Positions 18,540 through 27,929 of a stretch of DNA of 49,207 nt are shown here, piece by piece. Position 1 is the stretch's first letter; each line of letters begins with the position of its first letter. The translations under genes were made by a program, and so were the position numbers. The DNA is from Candidatus Aegiribacteria sp. (GTDB lineage Bacteria > Fermentibacterota > Fermentibacteria > Fermentibacterales > JCC-6): the NCBI GenBank assembly GCA_030613065.1, contig JAUWMQ010000005.1, positions 1-49,207 on the forward strand, written 5' to 3'. The notes beneath the pieces are model-generated. The model saw only the letters and a program-made list of their open reading frames with translations. It was not told the DNA's origin and did no database searches.

Positions 18540-19907
18540 ATGATTACCACTATCAGCGCTATACTCTGCATTACTTTTGCGGCGTCCCCTGCGGAGAGTA
18601 AACTCACCGTTGACATTGGTGGCAGTCCTCCCGTTCCCGCTTTGTACGAACTTGGAATTGATTCAGTTCTTGCTTCCGATTCATCAATCACAGTGCTGCA
18701 GGAAAGTGTCCTGCAATGGTATCTAGAAGAAGGATACCCATTTGCCGGTGCTGGTTACTACTTTATATCGGACGATTCCCTTATTGTGAATACTGTTCCC
18801 GGCAGGCACGCCCTCCTTGAAGAAGTTCGCATTGAGGGGGCAGAGGGAACCCGCAGTGAAGTTTTTGAAAGGCTGCTGGTAATTGAGCCCGGCGATCCCT
18901 ACAGCCGTGAGGAGGTTAACGCATGGGTTTCAAGGATCGAGCAGCTGAAGTTTATTAAAGTCGCGGGCACGACCGAGCTGTTCCTTGGAGAGGGCGGCAA
19001 TCTCGTCATCGTACAGCATATTCAGAAAGGGAGGGCAGGGCATTTCGCCGCGTCCATGGAGTGGCAGGGGGATTATCTTGAAGGTGCCGGAGAGGTTCTT
19101 TTCCTGAATCTGGCTGGAACCGCGCGGGAACTGGAGATATCCGGCAAGACTACCGAATGGGGAGGTTTTAACGCGTATCTCAGGTACAGAGAGCCATGGC
19201 TTTTCGGCATTCCCCTTTCAGCCCAGCTTGAAGTATCCCAGGAAATCCCCGAAAGCCTATGGGTCAACCGGGAGGGAATCCTTTCAATTATCTGGAGCTT
19301 TGACCGGTCCGAGATCATTGGAGGAGCCGGTATCTGGAGGGGATATCCCCCGGACGGAGAGCGGCAGAAGTACGATTACGGGCTTGCGGGAATAACATTC
19401 CGCACCGGTTCCAGAGTGCAGCAGGGCTGGGACGGAATTGAGATTCAACTGGAGGCTAGATCCGGCAACAGAACAGGGCAGGATTCTTCCGGTATTCTGA
19501 CAATGGCGGAACTGATAATTAATGGAAATATTTACAGAGGTGTAATTGGTTTCGGGGGTAGATTGCTGACAGGTGGAGTTATGCAGGGGGACTGGTTCGA
19601 AGGTCTTCTTGAACAGCTTGGCGGACAGGAAACCCTGAGGGGTTATCCCGAAAACGCTTTCAGAGCGGTACGATATGCAGTTGCAAGACCTGAGATCTCT
19701 CTGGGCGAAACCGAAACCAGACTATACCTGTTCTGTGATCTCGCTGCCGCTTTAACACCTTTCGATGGGATGAGATATCCCGTAGGCTGCGGGGCCGGAA
19801 TAAGGGGGATGAGCGGTATCTTCTATGCAGATGCAGCAGCCGGATTCCCGTTTCAGGAAGGGCTTGGCAGCGCCAGGCTCTATCTTCGCCTCACCGCTTC
19901 GATATAG
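18540..19907 (+). CDS. Omp85 (BamA/TamA-like) protein with POTRA domain(s)
   Basis: YLEEGYPFA and EVRIEG..GTR POTRA motifs; NLAGTAREL, YREPWLFG, and the loop-6 motif LGG.ETLRGYPE. Confidence 0.78.
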   Translation: MITTISAILCITFAASPAESKLTVDIGGSPPVPALYELGIDSVLASDSSITVLQESVLQWYLEEGYPFAGAGYYFISDDSLIVNTVPGRHALLEEVRIEGAEGTRSEVFERLLVIEPGDPYSREEVNAWVSRIEQLKFIKVAGTTELFLGEGGNLVIVQHIQKGRAGHFAASMEWQGDYLEGAGEVLFLNLAGTARELEISGKTTEWGGFNAYLRYREPWLFGIPLSAQLEVSQEIPESLWVNREGILSIIWSFDRSEIIGGAGIWRGYPPDGERQKYDYGLAGITFRTGSRVQQGWDGIEIQLEARSGNRTGQDSSGILTMAELIINGNIYRGVIGFGGRLLTGGVMQGDWFEGLLEQLGGQETLRGYPENAFRAVRYAVARPEISLGETETRLYLFCDLAAALTPFDGMRYPVGCGAGIRGMSGIFYADAAAGFPFQEGLGSARLYLRLTASI

Positions 19908-20170
19908 ACCTGCAATCCCACGGACAGACCCGAAGTTAAGCGATAGGAATCTCACTCAGGGCACTTCAATGCGTCAACATCCCAGCCTCTCGTCAGGTGC
20001 CATATCAATCATGATCCGTTATTCACCTATTGGCGAAGCATACATTCATCAATGGCTCACCATTCCTCCTGTAATTCAGGTAGCATATTTGCACAATAAT
20101 GAGAATCAAATTCAGTAGAACTACAACAGGTAAAAATCGTATTGATCGCTTTCTACTGAATCAGCTTTTC

Positions 20171-23158
20171 TTATTCATCCAGCGCTTTTCTGACAATTCT
20201 TGCCAGATCTTTTCTGGAGAACGGCTTCTGAATGAACAAAACCCCTTCGTTCAGGACTCCGTGATGGGCGACGACATTGGCTGTATATCCAGACATGAAT
20301 ATGTACTTGATGTCCGGATAAATGGATTGGAACCTTTCTGCCAGTTCATGCCCATTCATTTCGGGCATGATCACATCGGTGATGAGCAGGTTAATCTCGC
20401 CGGCGTGTTCCTCAGCCAGGCCGATGGCCTCGGCTGGTGTGCCCGCTGTCAACACGGCGTAGCCCAGCCCGCCAAGGATTTTTTGGACGAGGTTCAGGAT
20501 CGAACGGTCATCCTCCACCAGCAGGACCATCTCACCGCGACCTTGCTGGATTTCCGCTGCGCTTGTCTCCCTGATCTCGACAGCTTTGCCCTCATGCCGG
20601 GCCAAGTATATCTTGAAGGTCGTTCCTTTACCCGGTTCGCTGTAGACATTGATGAACCCGTTGTTCTGCTTGACAATGCCGTAGATCGTTGCAAGCCCCA
20701 GGCCGGTGCCCTTATTCACATCCTTTGTAGTGAAAAACGGCTCGAAAATACTGTCCAGAATTTCCTTTTCCATGCCGCAGCCGTTGTCGCTCACGGCCAG
20801 TAGGACAAACTCACCGGGAACAAAACCGGCGTGATCGGCGCAGTAGGCCGCGTCGAAAGATGTGTTTCTCGTTTCGATAGTAACCTTGCCCACACCATCG
20901 ATGGCGTCCCGGGCGTTGACGCACAGGTTGGCCAGGATCTGGTCGAGCTGGGAGGGGTCTATTTTGACAGGCCATAGGTATGTCGCCGGCAACCAGGCAA
21001 GATTGATGTCCTCGCCGATGAGCTGACTGAGCATTTTAAGCATGCTCTCCACATTTTTGTTCAGCTCAATCACCCTGGGTGCGATGGTCTGCTTCCGGGC
21101 AAAGGCCAGCAGATGCCGGGTAATGTCAGCCGCACGTTTTGCGGCATTGAGGATTTCATCGAGATCTGCACGCAGCGGCCCGGTTGCGCCCACCTCATCC
21201 ATCGCCAGTTCAGTGAAGCCGATAATCACGCTGAGCGCATTGTTGTAATCATGTGCCACCCCGCCTGCCAGGCGCCCCACGGATTCCAATTTCTGGGCCT
21301 GACGAAGTTGGTCTTCAATTGAAGCCTTTTCTGCCTTAAGTTTTTTTTGAATTGTAATATCTTTGTCAAAACCGCGATACCCTATCATTTCTCCGTCGGC
21401 ATTAAGAATCGGAACAGCGTTTGTAAGAAGACAAACTTTGGTTCCATCTTTAGCAAGGTTCCAGTTTTCCAGATCAACAATCGGTTCTGAATTTGAAACG
21501 ATTTTGACGAATCTATCTTTGATTGTAGCCGCTTCTTCCTCTGGCATAAACTCAAATGGTGTTCTTCCTAACATCTCTTTTGCTGTATACTTAAGAACAT
21601 ATTCTACTGAATCGGAAATATATGTGTAAGTGCCGTTTATATCCACTTCCCAAATCCAATTCGCCATACTATGGGCAATATCCCGAAAGCGTCGTTCACT
21701 CTCCAACAGCTGCTCCTCTGCCAGCTTACGCTCGGTGATGTCCTCCACCGTCTCGTGGACAAAGATAGTTTTTCCATCAGGATCGATGAGCGGCGCTGCG
21801 GTGACGAACAGGGTCCGCATCCCCTGTTGCATGTTGGCTTCCCTTTCGAATGAATGCACCTGACCGTCCTGGAAAGCCATAATCACGGGACATCCCTCGC
21901 ACGGTTCCGTTCTGGGAGGAAGATTGAAAGCGCCATAACAGGGCAGATCCTTTCCGGAGTCGTCTTGGGGAAACCATTTGCGCGTGGTGGAATTGGACGC
22001 CAGAATTTCCATGTCCGGGCCGATGATCGAACCCCCCATCGGCAGGCTGTCGATAAGCACACGGAATTTCTCCTCGCTTTGCCGCAGGGAATCGGTCATC
22101 TCTCGCGCCAGTGAAATCGCACGGCTATGTGTGTTTTCCTGGCCCTGGATGAAAAGGAAGACTAACAGGCTGATGACAATCCCGGCGGCGAGGATAATCC
22201 AGGAAGCGAATTGATCAATGGTAGCCTCGAAAGACGGGCTGGACTCAAAGGACAGGGTCCATTGATGACCGCAAAGATCAAGCGTCTGTCGGCTGGAAAA
22301 CATGTGCTTGTGGTTCTCATCCGGGGCGATGGAATGTTCATTAAATTCATACATCAATCCTGCCGAAGAGACTGTAGTTCCATCGTAAATTTCAAATTCA
22401 ACATCATGCATGAGGTCCGGAAAGATTCCTTGCATGAGAGCGTCCATACGGAACGGGCTGTATACAAATCCGATGAGGGCCGCTCTCCTCTCTTGGGCGG
22501 TATTTAAGGACAAGCCCTTCGCGTAGATAGGGACATACAGCAGGAATCCCGCCTGAACCTGTTCGTCGATCTCCTGGACCAGCACAACCTTACCCGAAAG
22601 CGAGACCTCGCCGGTATCCCGCGCCCGCTCCATGGCGGCCCGCCGCATCGGCTCGGAAAACATGTCGTAGCCGAAAGAGTGCTGATTGCGCACGTTAAAA
22701 GGTTCCAGCAAGATGATGGCCGTGTACACGTCGCGTTCACCTTCGGGCCAGACCGTATAGTCGGAAAATCCCTCCGCCCTGATCCCTTGAATATGACGCT
22801 CAAGTTCCGACGGCTGGACGACTCTGGAATATCCGATGCCCTGGACGCCGGGGAAAAAGGTTTGGACTTCCCTGTATTCATAATATATCCGCCATTCATT
22901 CCGGGTCACGTCTTCGGAAACTGCAAAGAGCCCTGAAAATCCCTGAAGGGCAATCGCGTAATCATGAAATCGATGGGTGATATTCGAGGTAATCATTAAG
23001 GTCTTTTCGTCGAATCTGAGCCGTGCTTTTTCCATCTCCCGGTTGCTCCAAAACAGCCAGACAGAGATGGCAAGGGAAAGCGAAAGCGCCAGCACAACAT
23101 AGGGAAGGAGCTTTCTGAGCTTAATCGATTCGTGTATTTGGTGGAGAGATTCCTTCAT
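20171..23158 (-). CDS. Hybrid sensor histidine kinase (CHASE-PAS-PAS-HisKA-HATPase-REC)
   Basis: Two TM helices around a CHASE domain ([21 protein letters not shown]); two PAS/PAC domains; H-box [12 protein letters not shown]-box [21 protein letters not shown]; receiver LITDVIMP...QKPF. Confidence 0.93.
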   Translation of the reverse strand: MKESLHQIHESIKLRKLLPYVVLALSLSLAISVWLFWSNREMEKARLRFDEKTLMITSNITHRFHDYAIALQGFSGLFAVSEDVTRNEWRIYYEYREVQTFFPGVQGIGYSRVVQPSELERHIQGIRAEGFSDYTVWPEGERDVYTAIILLEPFNVRNQHSFGYDMFSEPMRRAAMERARDTGEVSLSGKVVLVQEIDEQVQAGFLLYVPIYAKGLSLNTAQERRAALIGFVYSPFRMDALMQGIFPDLMHDVEFEIYDGTTVSSAGLMYEFNEHSIAPDENHKHMFSSRQTLDLCGHQWTLSFESSPSFEATIDQFASWIILAAGIVISLLVFLFIQGQENTHSRAISLAREMTDSLRQSEEKFRVLIDSLPMGGSIIGPDMEILASNSTTRKWFPQDDSGKDLPCYGAFNLPPRTEPCEGCPVIMAFQDGQVHSFEREANMQQGMRTLFVTAAPLIDPDGKTIFVHETVEDITERKLAEEQLLESERRFRDIAHSMANWIWEVDINGTYTYISDSVEYVLKYTAKEMLGRTPFEFMPEEEAATIKDRFVKIVSNSEPIVDLENWNLAKDGTKVCLLTNAVPILNADGEMIGYRGFDKDITIQKKLKAEKASIEDQLRQAQKLESVGRLAGGVAHDYNNALSVIIGFTELAMDEVGATGPLRADLDEILNAAKRAADITRHLLAFARKQTIAPRVIELNKNVESMLKMLSQLIGEDINLAWLPATYLWPVKIDPSQLDQILANLCVNARDAIDGVGKVTIETRNTSFDAAYCADHAGFVPGEFVLLAVSDNGCGMEKEILDSIFEPFFTTKDVNKGTGLGLATIYGIVKQNNGFINVYSEPGKGTTFKIYLARHEGKAVEIRETSAAEIQQGRGEMVLLVEDDRSILNLVQKILGGLGYAVLTAGTPAEAIGLAEEHAGEINLLITDVIMPEMNGHELAERFQSIYPDIKYIFMSGYTANVVAHHGVLNEGVLFIQKPFSRKDLARIVRKALDE

Positions 23159-23541
23159 CTTCAGTTTCCTTAATAAATATTCAGGAATATTTGAAACTCG
23201 AACATTCTTGCATTAATACTATCAAATCAAATCCCAAAAGAAAAGAACTATTATAGAAATAAGTTTATTCAGCGAAAAAGAGTACTTCAAGTATCTTGCA
23301 GTGGGCAACATTCAGAATGTGGTTCCTGAATGAAAGATTCCTTTGCTGGAGAACACAAGCACCCTTCCAGCAACAGGCAGATATATCCTACCTTTTCAAG
23401 CGGAAGGAAAGCGATTGTGGCGCCTTTCGGCAGAAGGTGGATCTCCTTTATATTCTTCCGGTATGAAAAATATTCTCAGGTTCGTGTTTCACGAAATACT
23501 CAGAAACGAATGCATTCTTAATCATCTGAAAGGGGAGCGGT

Positions 23542-24771
23542 ATGTCATCCAGAAAGCAGACAATAATATCTGCCGATGTTCTCTACGACGGCCATAAGAA
23601 AGTCGAGAACTTCTCGATTATTGTTGAGGAAGATAAAATCGTTGATGTAGTTTATAAGAAGATGAAATCCGATTATCACGGCTTTGTGACTCCGGGATTC
23701 ATAGACGCTCATTCCCATATCGGGATGGACAGGGAAGGGGAGCCCTGGGCCGAATCCGAGACCAACGATACTCTCAGTCAGATTCTACCTGTTAATGACC
23801 CCCTTAACAGTATCTACTTCGATGACAGGGCTTTCAAAGATGCTGTTGATTTCGGTGTGCTTTACAGCTGCGTGGTCCCCGGGAGCGGGAATCTTCTCGG
23901 AGGAAAAGCAAAGGTTATCAGGAATTTCGAGCCGAACAGGAAGAACGCGGTTTTGAAGGACTACGGCTACAAGATGGCTCTGGGTTACAATCCGAGGTCC
24001 ACGACTGACTGGAAGGGTGACCGTCCCAGTACCAGAATGGGAGTATACGCCCTGCTCGAACAGAAATTCGATGAGGTTATCAACAAACGAGACTGCGCGG
24101 AACTCGATAAGGAGAGAAGTCTCCATAAGCTTCAGCATGACATAAAAAAGGAAAAACTGTCAAAGAAAGAGCAGGATTTTCAGAGAAAAGCAATTGATCT
24201 GGAATACCTGCACGAGTTCAACCCTGTTGAAGTAGCTATTATCGAACTGCTGGATGGTAAGAAAACCGCCAAGGTTCATGTTCACAAAGAAGACGATGTC
24301 CTCTACCTGATCTGGCTTGCAGAGAAATACGGTATCAAGGTTACCGCTGATCACACCTGTGATGTATTCCACAGAGAAATATTCGATGAACTGGCAAAGG
24401 CCGGTATTCCGGTTGTATACGGACCCATGGGTTCGGTGGGATACAAAGTCGAGCTGAAGCATGCCTATTATCAGAACGCCGGGCTTCTGATGAAATCCAG
24501 GGCATTCTACGGTCTGATGACCGATCATCCTGTAATATGGGCACCTGCCTTGAGAGACAGTCTCAAATTCTTCCTGATTGCCGGAATGAGCCCCGAGGAG
24601 GCCATCTCACTGATTACGTTCAAGAATGCGAAGATACTTGGTATTGATGATCAGCTCGGTTCCATCGAAGCAGGGAAGACAGCAAGTCTGATTGTATGGG
24701 ACCGCCATCCACTGGACCTCGCAGCTTTCCCGAGAATGGTAATGGCCGAAGGAAAAATCATCAGGAAGTAG
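23542..24771 (+). CDS. Amidohydrolase family protein
   Basis: PGFIDAHSH, PGSGN, KMALGYNP, HVH, TDHP, GSIEAGKTASLIVW. Confidence 0.88.
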   Translation: MSSRKQTIISADVLYDGHKKVENFSIIVEEDKIVDVVYKKMKSDYHGFVTPGFIDAHSHIGMDREGEPWAESETNDTLSQILPVNDPLNSIYFDDRAFKDAVDFGVLYSCVVPGSGNLLGGKAKVIRNFEPNRKNAVLKDYGYKMALGYNPRSTTDWKGDRPSTRMGVYALLEQKFDEVINKRDCAELDKERSLHKLQHDIKKEKLSKKEQDFQRKAIDLEYLHEFNPVEVAIIELLDGKKTAKVHVHKEDDVLYLIWLAEKYGIKVTADHTCDVFHREIFDELAKAGIPVVYGPMGSVGYKVELKHAYYQNAGLLMKSRAFYGLMTDHPVIWAPALRDSLKFFLIAGMSPEEAISLITFKNAKILGIDDQLGSIEAGKTASLIVWDRHPLDLAAFPRMVMAEGKIIRK

Positions 24772-24775
24772 TATG

Positions 24776-24798
24776 GGGAGGTCCGGTCTGACCCCCCG
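24776..24798. terminator. GC-rich hairpin between convergent genes
   Basis: GGGGAGGTC-cggtct-GACCCCCC between the amidohydrolase and OmpA stops; no U-tract. Confidence 0.35.
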
Positions 24799-24804
24799 AG
24801 GATA

Positions 24805-26790
24805 CTAAATGCTGAGGACTGTGAACTCGATTCTTCGGTTTTTGGCTTTATTGGCCGCGGAGTCGTTAGAAACAACAGGCATGGACTCACCGTAGCCCAC
24901 AGTGGTGAGTCTGTCACCTGAAATGCCAGTACTGACCAGATACTGGAAGACCGATTGAGCACGACGCTCGCTGAGGGTCTGGTTGGATGCCTCACTTCCA
25001 TCGCTGTCTGTGTGTCCTGCTATACGTATTCTTGCATTTGGATTATCTCTCAAGAGAATCGCCACACTATCCAGAATGCTGAAGCTTTCAGGTTTGAGAG
25101 TAGCGCTCCCGGAGGTGAAATAGATGTTGTCAAAGCTTAATACAGCACCCGCGCGGAGTGCATCTCGAAGATTAAATGAGACATTTACCGTTTCATTGGC
25201 AATAAGGCTTACAGACCGGTTATCTGAAATGTAACCATCCGCCTGAACAGTTATCGGCCAGGTTCCCGCTTCCACATCAGCAGTGAATACTCCAGCATCA
25301 TTGGTTGTTACAGTGACAGGTGTGGTGCTTCCGATCGTTACTGAAGCACCTGCGATGGGTATACCTGCTCCATCCCTGACAGAGCCTGTTATCGAACTAA
25401 GATTCGGAAGCAGCGCAAAGTCAAGGGTGGCAGCTTGATTGCGGCCAAGAACTATAGTTGCACTGGTATTTCCGTATCCGGGGGCAACAACAGTTACGGG
25501 AACTTCTCCAGAGGGGATTATATGTGTATAGAAACCGGTAACACCATCACTTGTGACATTGGCGATGGGCATACCAGGGAAGGTGATCGTTGAAAAGACA
25601 GCTTCACCGGTAAGAGAATCAGTCACTGTCCCACTCAAGGTTGCCGAATCGGTCTGCCCTTCATCGGTTACTATATCAGAAGAGAAACCCATTGCTACGC
25701 TTACACCCCAATCGAAAACTCCACCGATCGGCAGTGGAGCTCTCTCGGCGCGCTGATCCTCGGTAACAACACTGTCTGTCTGGTAGAGGCCATGACCGAG
25801 ATCGTAATATCCAGGATCAAATGTGCTGGTACTCAGATCGAAAATAACATTCAGGTATGTCCCTGAATTGTCCTTGAATCTGATTCCAGGCGTGAAGTAG
25901 GATACCGAAGCGTTGTCCCGGTCGATAAGTTTCTGATTTGTGTATTCCAGGAAGATATCAAGGTGGGAGGTTGGAATCTCAAGGCCGAAGCCCATGTTAA
26001 AAACACCGTCTGCAACTTCAATATATACAATCGTGGAATCGGAATAGGACCATCCAGCAACGACCGGCATAACTCTGAAGTCTGTGAAGTGGTAATTCTG
26101 CATATATTTTGCATAGCCGAAATTGAGATGTGCTTTTACCGGTGCCATTGGAAGCCAGCGGTTGAAATCACCGGTAATAAGGAGCTCCATTGCCAGACTG
26201 TTATTGCCTGTTGTGGTGAATGGTCTGCGAGCTGTGCTTATCAGCTGTCCCGAGTGCCAGATCCCATCAGGTCCATCTTCGTTACGCAGGAAGACCGTAT
26301 CCGCCGAAGAAAACCCAAGACGCAAATCTCCACCGAACCACACAACATCCTTCAGACTGGTGATAGGATTGTATCCGCCATGGAGAATCAGATTATATCC
26401 CTCGAACCCATAAATCTCCTCCCAGTGTCCTGTTGAACGCTCTTCAAACGAACCTCTTTCATAAAAGGTACTGGAGTAAGCTGCGTTCGCCGCTAGATCA
26501 ATATAGTCCCAGATTCCGTATGCAAGGCTGAATCTAGCCTGTCCAGTGTGCTCTACATCGGTCACCTCGGGGAACATAAGTGTATGTGGCAGAAAATGGC
26601 TGTGGTAAATGAAATTCTTGTACTCATTTACCGCTGTCCAGTAGGTCAGTCCCAGACCGAATGACATTTCATTAAAACCAATCGGTATGGCACTGTTCAC
26701 ACGGTGAAGGCCGGGGATCCCGTGGGTTGAAGGAGCCGCGAATGAAAGAGTAATTATTACTAACAGGATCAAAGGTGTAATTCTTTTCAA
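24805..26790 (-). CDS. OmpA-family protein: N-terminal barrel-like region, two carboxypeptidase-regulatory-like domains, C-terminal OmpA peptidoglycan-binding domain
   Basis: GAGGA RBS before TTG 26790; signal peptide; SGTVTDS.TGE and GSVRD..G.PIAGA repeats; NIYF..GSA, GHTDSDG, NQTLSERRA, GYGES.P, NRRIEF. Confidence 0.85.
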   Translation of the reverse strand: MKRITPLILLVIITLSFAAPSTHGIPGLHRVNSAIPIGFNEMSFGLGLTYWTAVNEYKNFIYHSHFLPHTLMFPEVTDVEHTGQARFSLAYGIWDYIDLAANAAYSSTFYERGSFEERSTGHWEEIYGFEGYNLILHGGYNPITSLKDVVWFGGDLRLGFSSADTVFLRNEDGPDGIWHSGQLISTARRPFTTTGNNSLAMELLITGDFNRWLPMAPVKAHLNFGYAKYMQNYHFTDFRVMPVVAGWSYSDSTIVYIEVADGVFNMGFGLEIPTSHLDIFLEYTNQKLIDRDNASVSYFTPGIRFKDNSGTYLNVIFDLSTSTFDPGYYDLGHGLYQTDSVVTEDQRAERAPLPIGGVFDWGVSVAMGFSSDIVTDEGQTDSATLSGTVTDSLTGEAVFSTITFPGMPIANVTSDGVTGFYTHIIPSGEVPVTVVAPGYGNTSATIVLGRNQAATLDFALLPNLSSITGSVRDGAGIPIAGASVTIGSTTPVTVTTNDAGVFTADVEAGTWPITVQADGYISDNRSVSLIANETVNVSFNLRDALRAGAVLSFDNIYFTSGSATLKPESFSILDSVAILLRDNPNARIRIAGHTDSDGSEASNQTLSERRAQSVFQYLVSTGISGDRLTTVGYGESMPVVSNDSAANKAKNRRIEFTVLSI

Positions 26791-27029
26791 TTTATTCCTC
26801 CGCTTATTGACCGAAAAGAGATCTCTATTTCTTGTTAGATGAAGAATGTGCATATTGATCAATATAGTCAAGCAACTCAATTTCCACACTTGATTTCAAT
26901 GTTCTATCAAATTGCAGTTCAGCTATCTTCATGATTTACATGAAGAAATGAGAGAGGATTGACATGACTACGCTGAAGAAAGAGTATCCATCGGTATGAA
27001 ATGAGCTATTTATTTGTTGGAGGTTTTGA

Positions 27030-27818
27030 ATGAGAGTATCAGTGGCATCTCTTATCATGTTGGTTTCTGTTACTTTATACTCAAGCTGTGGTGATTCTGC
27101 TACAGAAATATCCGGTACGCTTCCTGTTGTGACAGGGATTACTGTTGATTCCGTTGCAAGTAAAGGTGATACTATTGTGGTTACCTGGACCGCATTGACC
27201 GGTACCCAGATAGAGGGGTATCTCCTCTGGTCCAGAGTAAAGATTGAAGATCCCTGGGAGTTACTTGAAGTAGTCTATCAGAATACTGGAATCCACATCG
27301 CTGACAGGTCGGCCTACTACACCGTCATGGCTTTCTATGGAGATAACACTTCATCCGATACAGGCTTGTCAGACAATACAAGAACTGAAAGTCTGTCAGA
27401 GACAAGACTGCCGGTTTCGACTGAACCAGTGGGCTTCCGTATTGACCTTGAGGGAGATTCTCTTATTTCCGGTAACCCCTCTTCTCCAGAATTCCATCAG
27501 CAATTCACAGTTGCCGTTGATTCACTCAGCGGAGAGAGGTTCATTTACCCGGGTACTGCTAATCCATGGCCCGGTGGAGCAAAAACGATGGTGTCATCAA
27601 GTGGTGGCTATGTTGCTCCAGCTCCCAATGACAGTATTCTATGGCAGGACAGTATCTCCTACGGTGCTAACTTCTTCCTTGCACTTGAGAGCGGATACTA
27701 CTGCAAGCTTAATGGCTTGGAAATATCCCCCGATACATTAACAGTGCCTGACACTCTGATCATTGATGGCCAGTATCAACCTATCCAAAGTGTCAGGGTG
27801 TTTAATCAGAACAGGTAA
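27030..27818 (+). CDS. Hypothetical lipoprotein
   Basis: GGAGG RBS; lipobox LYSSC; Fn3-like N-terminal beta region (VTWT..., YYTVMA). Confidence 0.7.
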   Translation: MRVSVASLIMLVSVTLYSSCGDSATEISGTLPVVTGITVDSVASKGDTIVVTWTALTGTQIEGYLLWSRVKIEDPWELLEVVYQNTGIHIADRSAYYTVMAFYGDNTSSDTGLSDNTRTESLSETRLPVSTEPVGFRIDLEGDSLISGNPSSPEFHQQFTVAVDSLSGERFIYPGTANPWPGGAKTMVSSSGGYVAPAPNDSILWQDSISYGANFFLALESGYYCKLNGLEISPDTLTVPDTLIIDGQYQPIQSVRVFNQNR

Positions 27819-27929
27819 TCGATTCCACGTGAGGAGTCGGCTTTTCCAACTTCAAGGGATTGATTTGCAGATGGCGAACTGCGTGCTGGTGAGGTAAGGC
27901 TTGCTGAAAATCTTCCAAGTAACTTAAAT

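Noticed and set aside
19908-20170. Possible small gene or RNA between the Omp85 and kinase genes
   Set aside because: A minus-strand AGGAGG-ATG leads to a stop after 4 codons; no convincing structure.
20099-20803. 234-aa plus-strand ORF
   Set aside because: Antisense shadow of the GC-rich kinase/receiver coding region; no motifs.
24805-26790. OmpA protein as T9SS PorE
   Set aside because: No lipobox, TPR or WD40-like region is visible; only the CRD and OmpA parts are shared.
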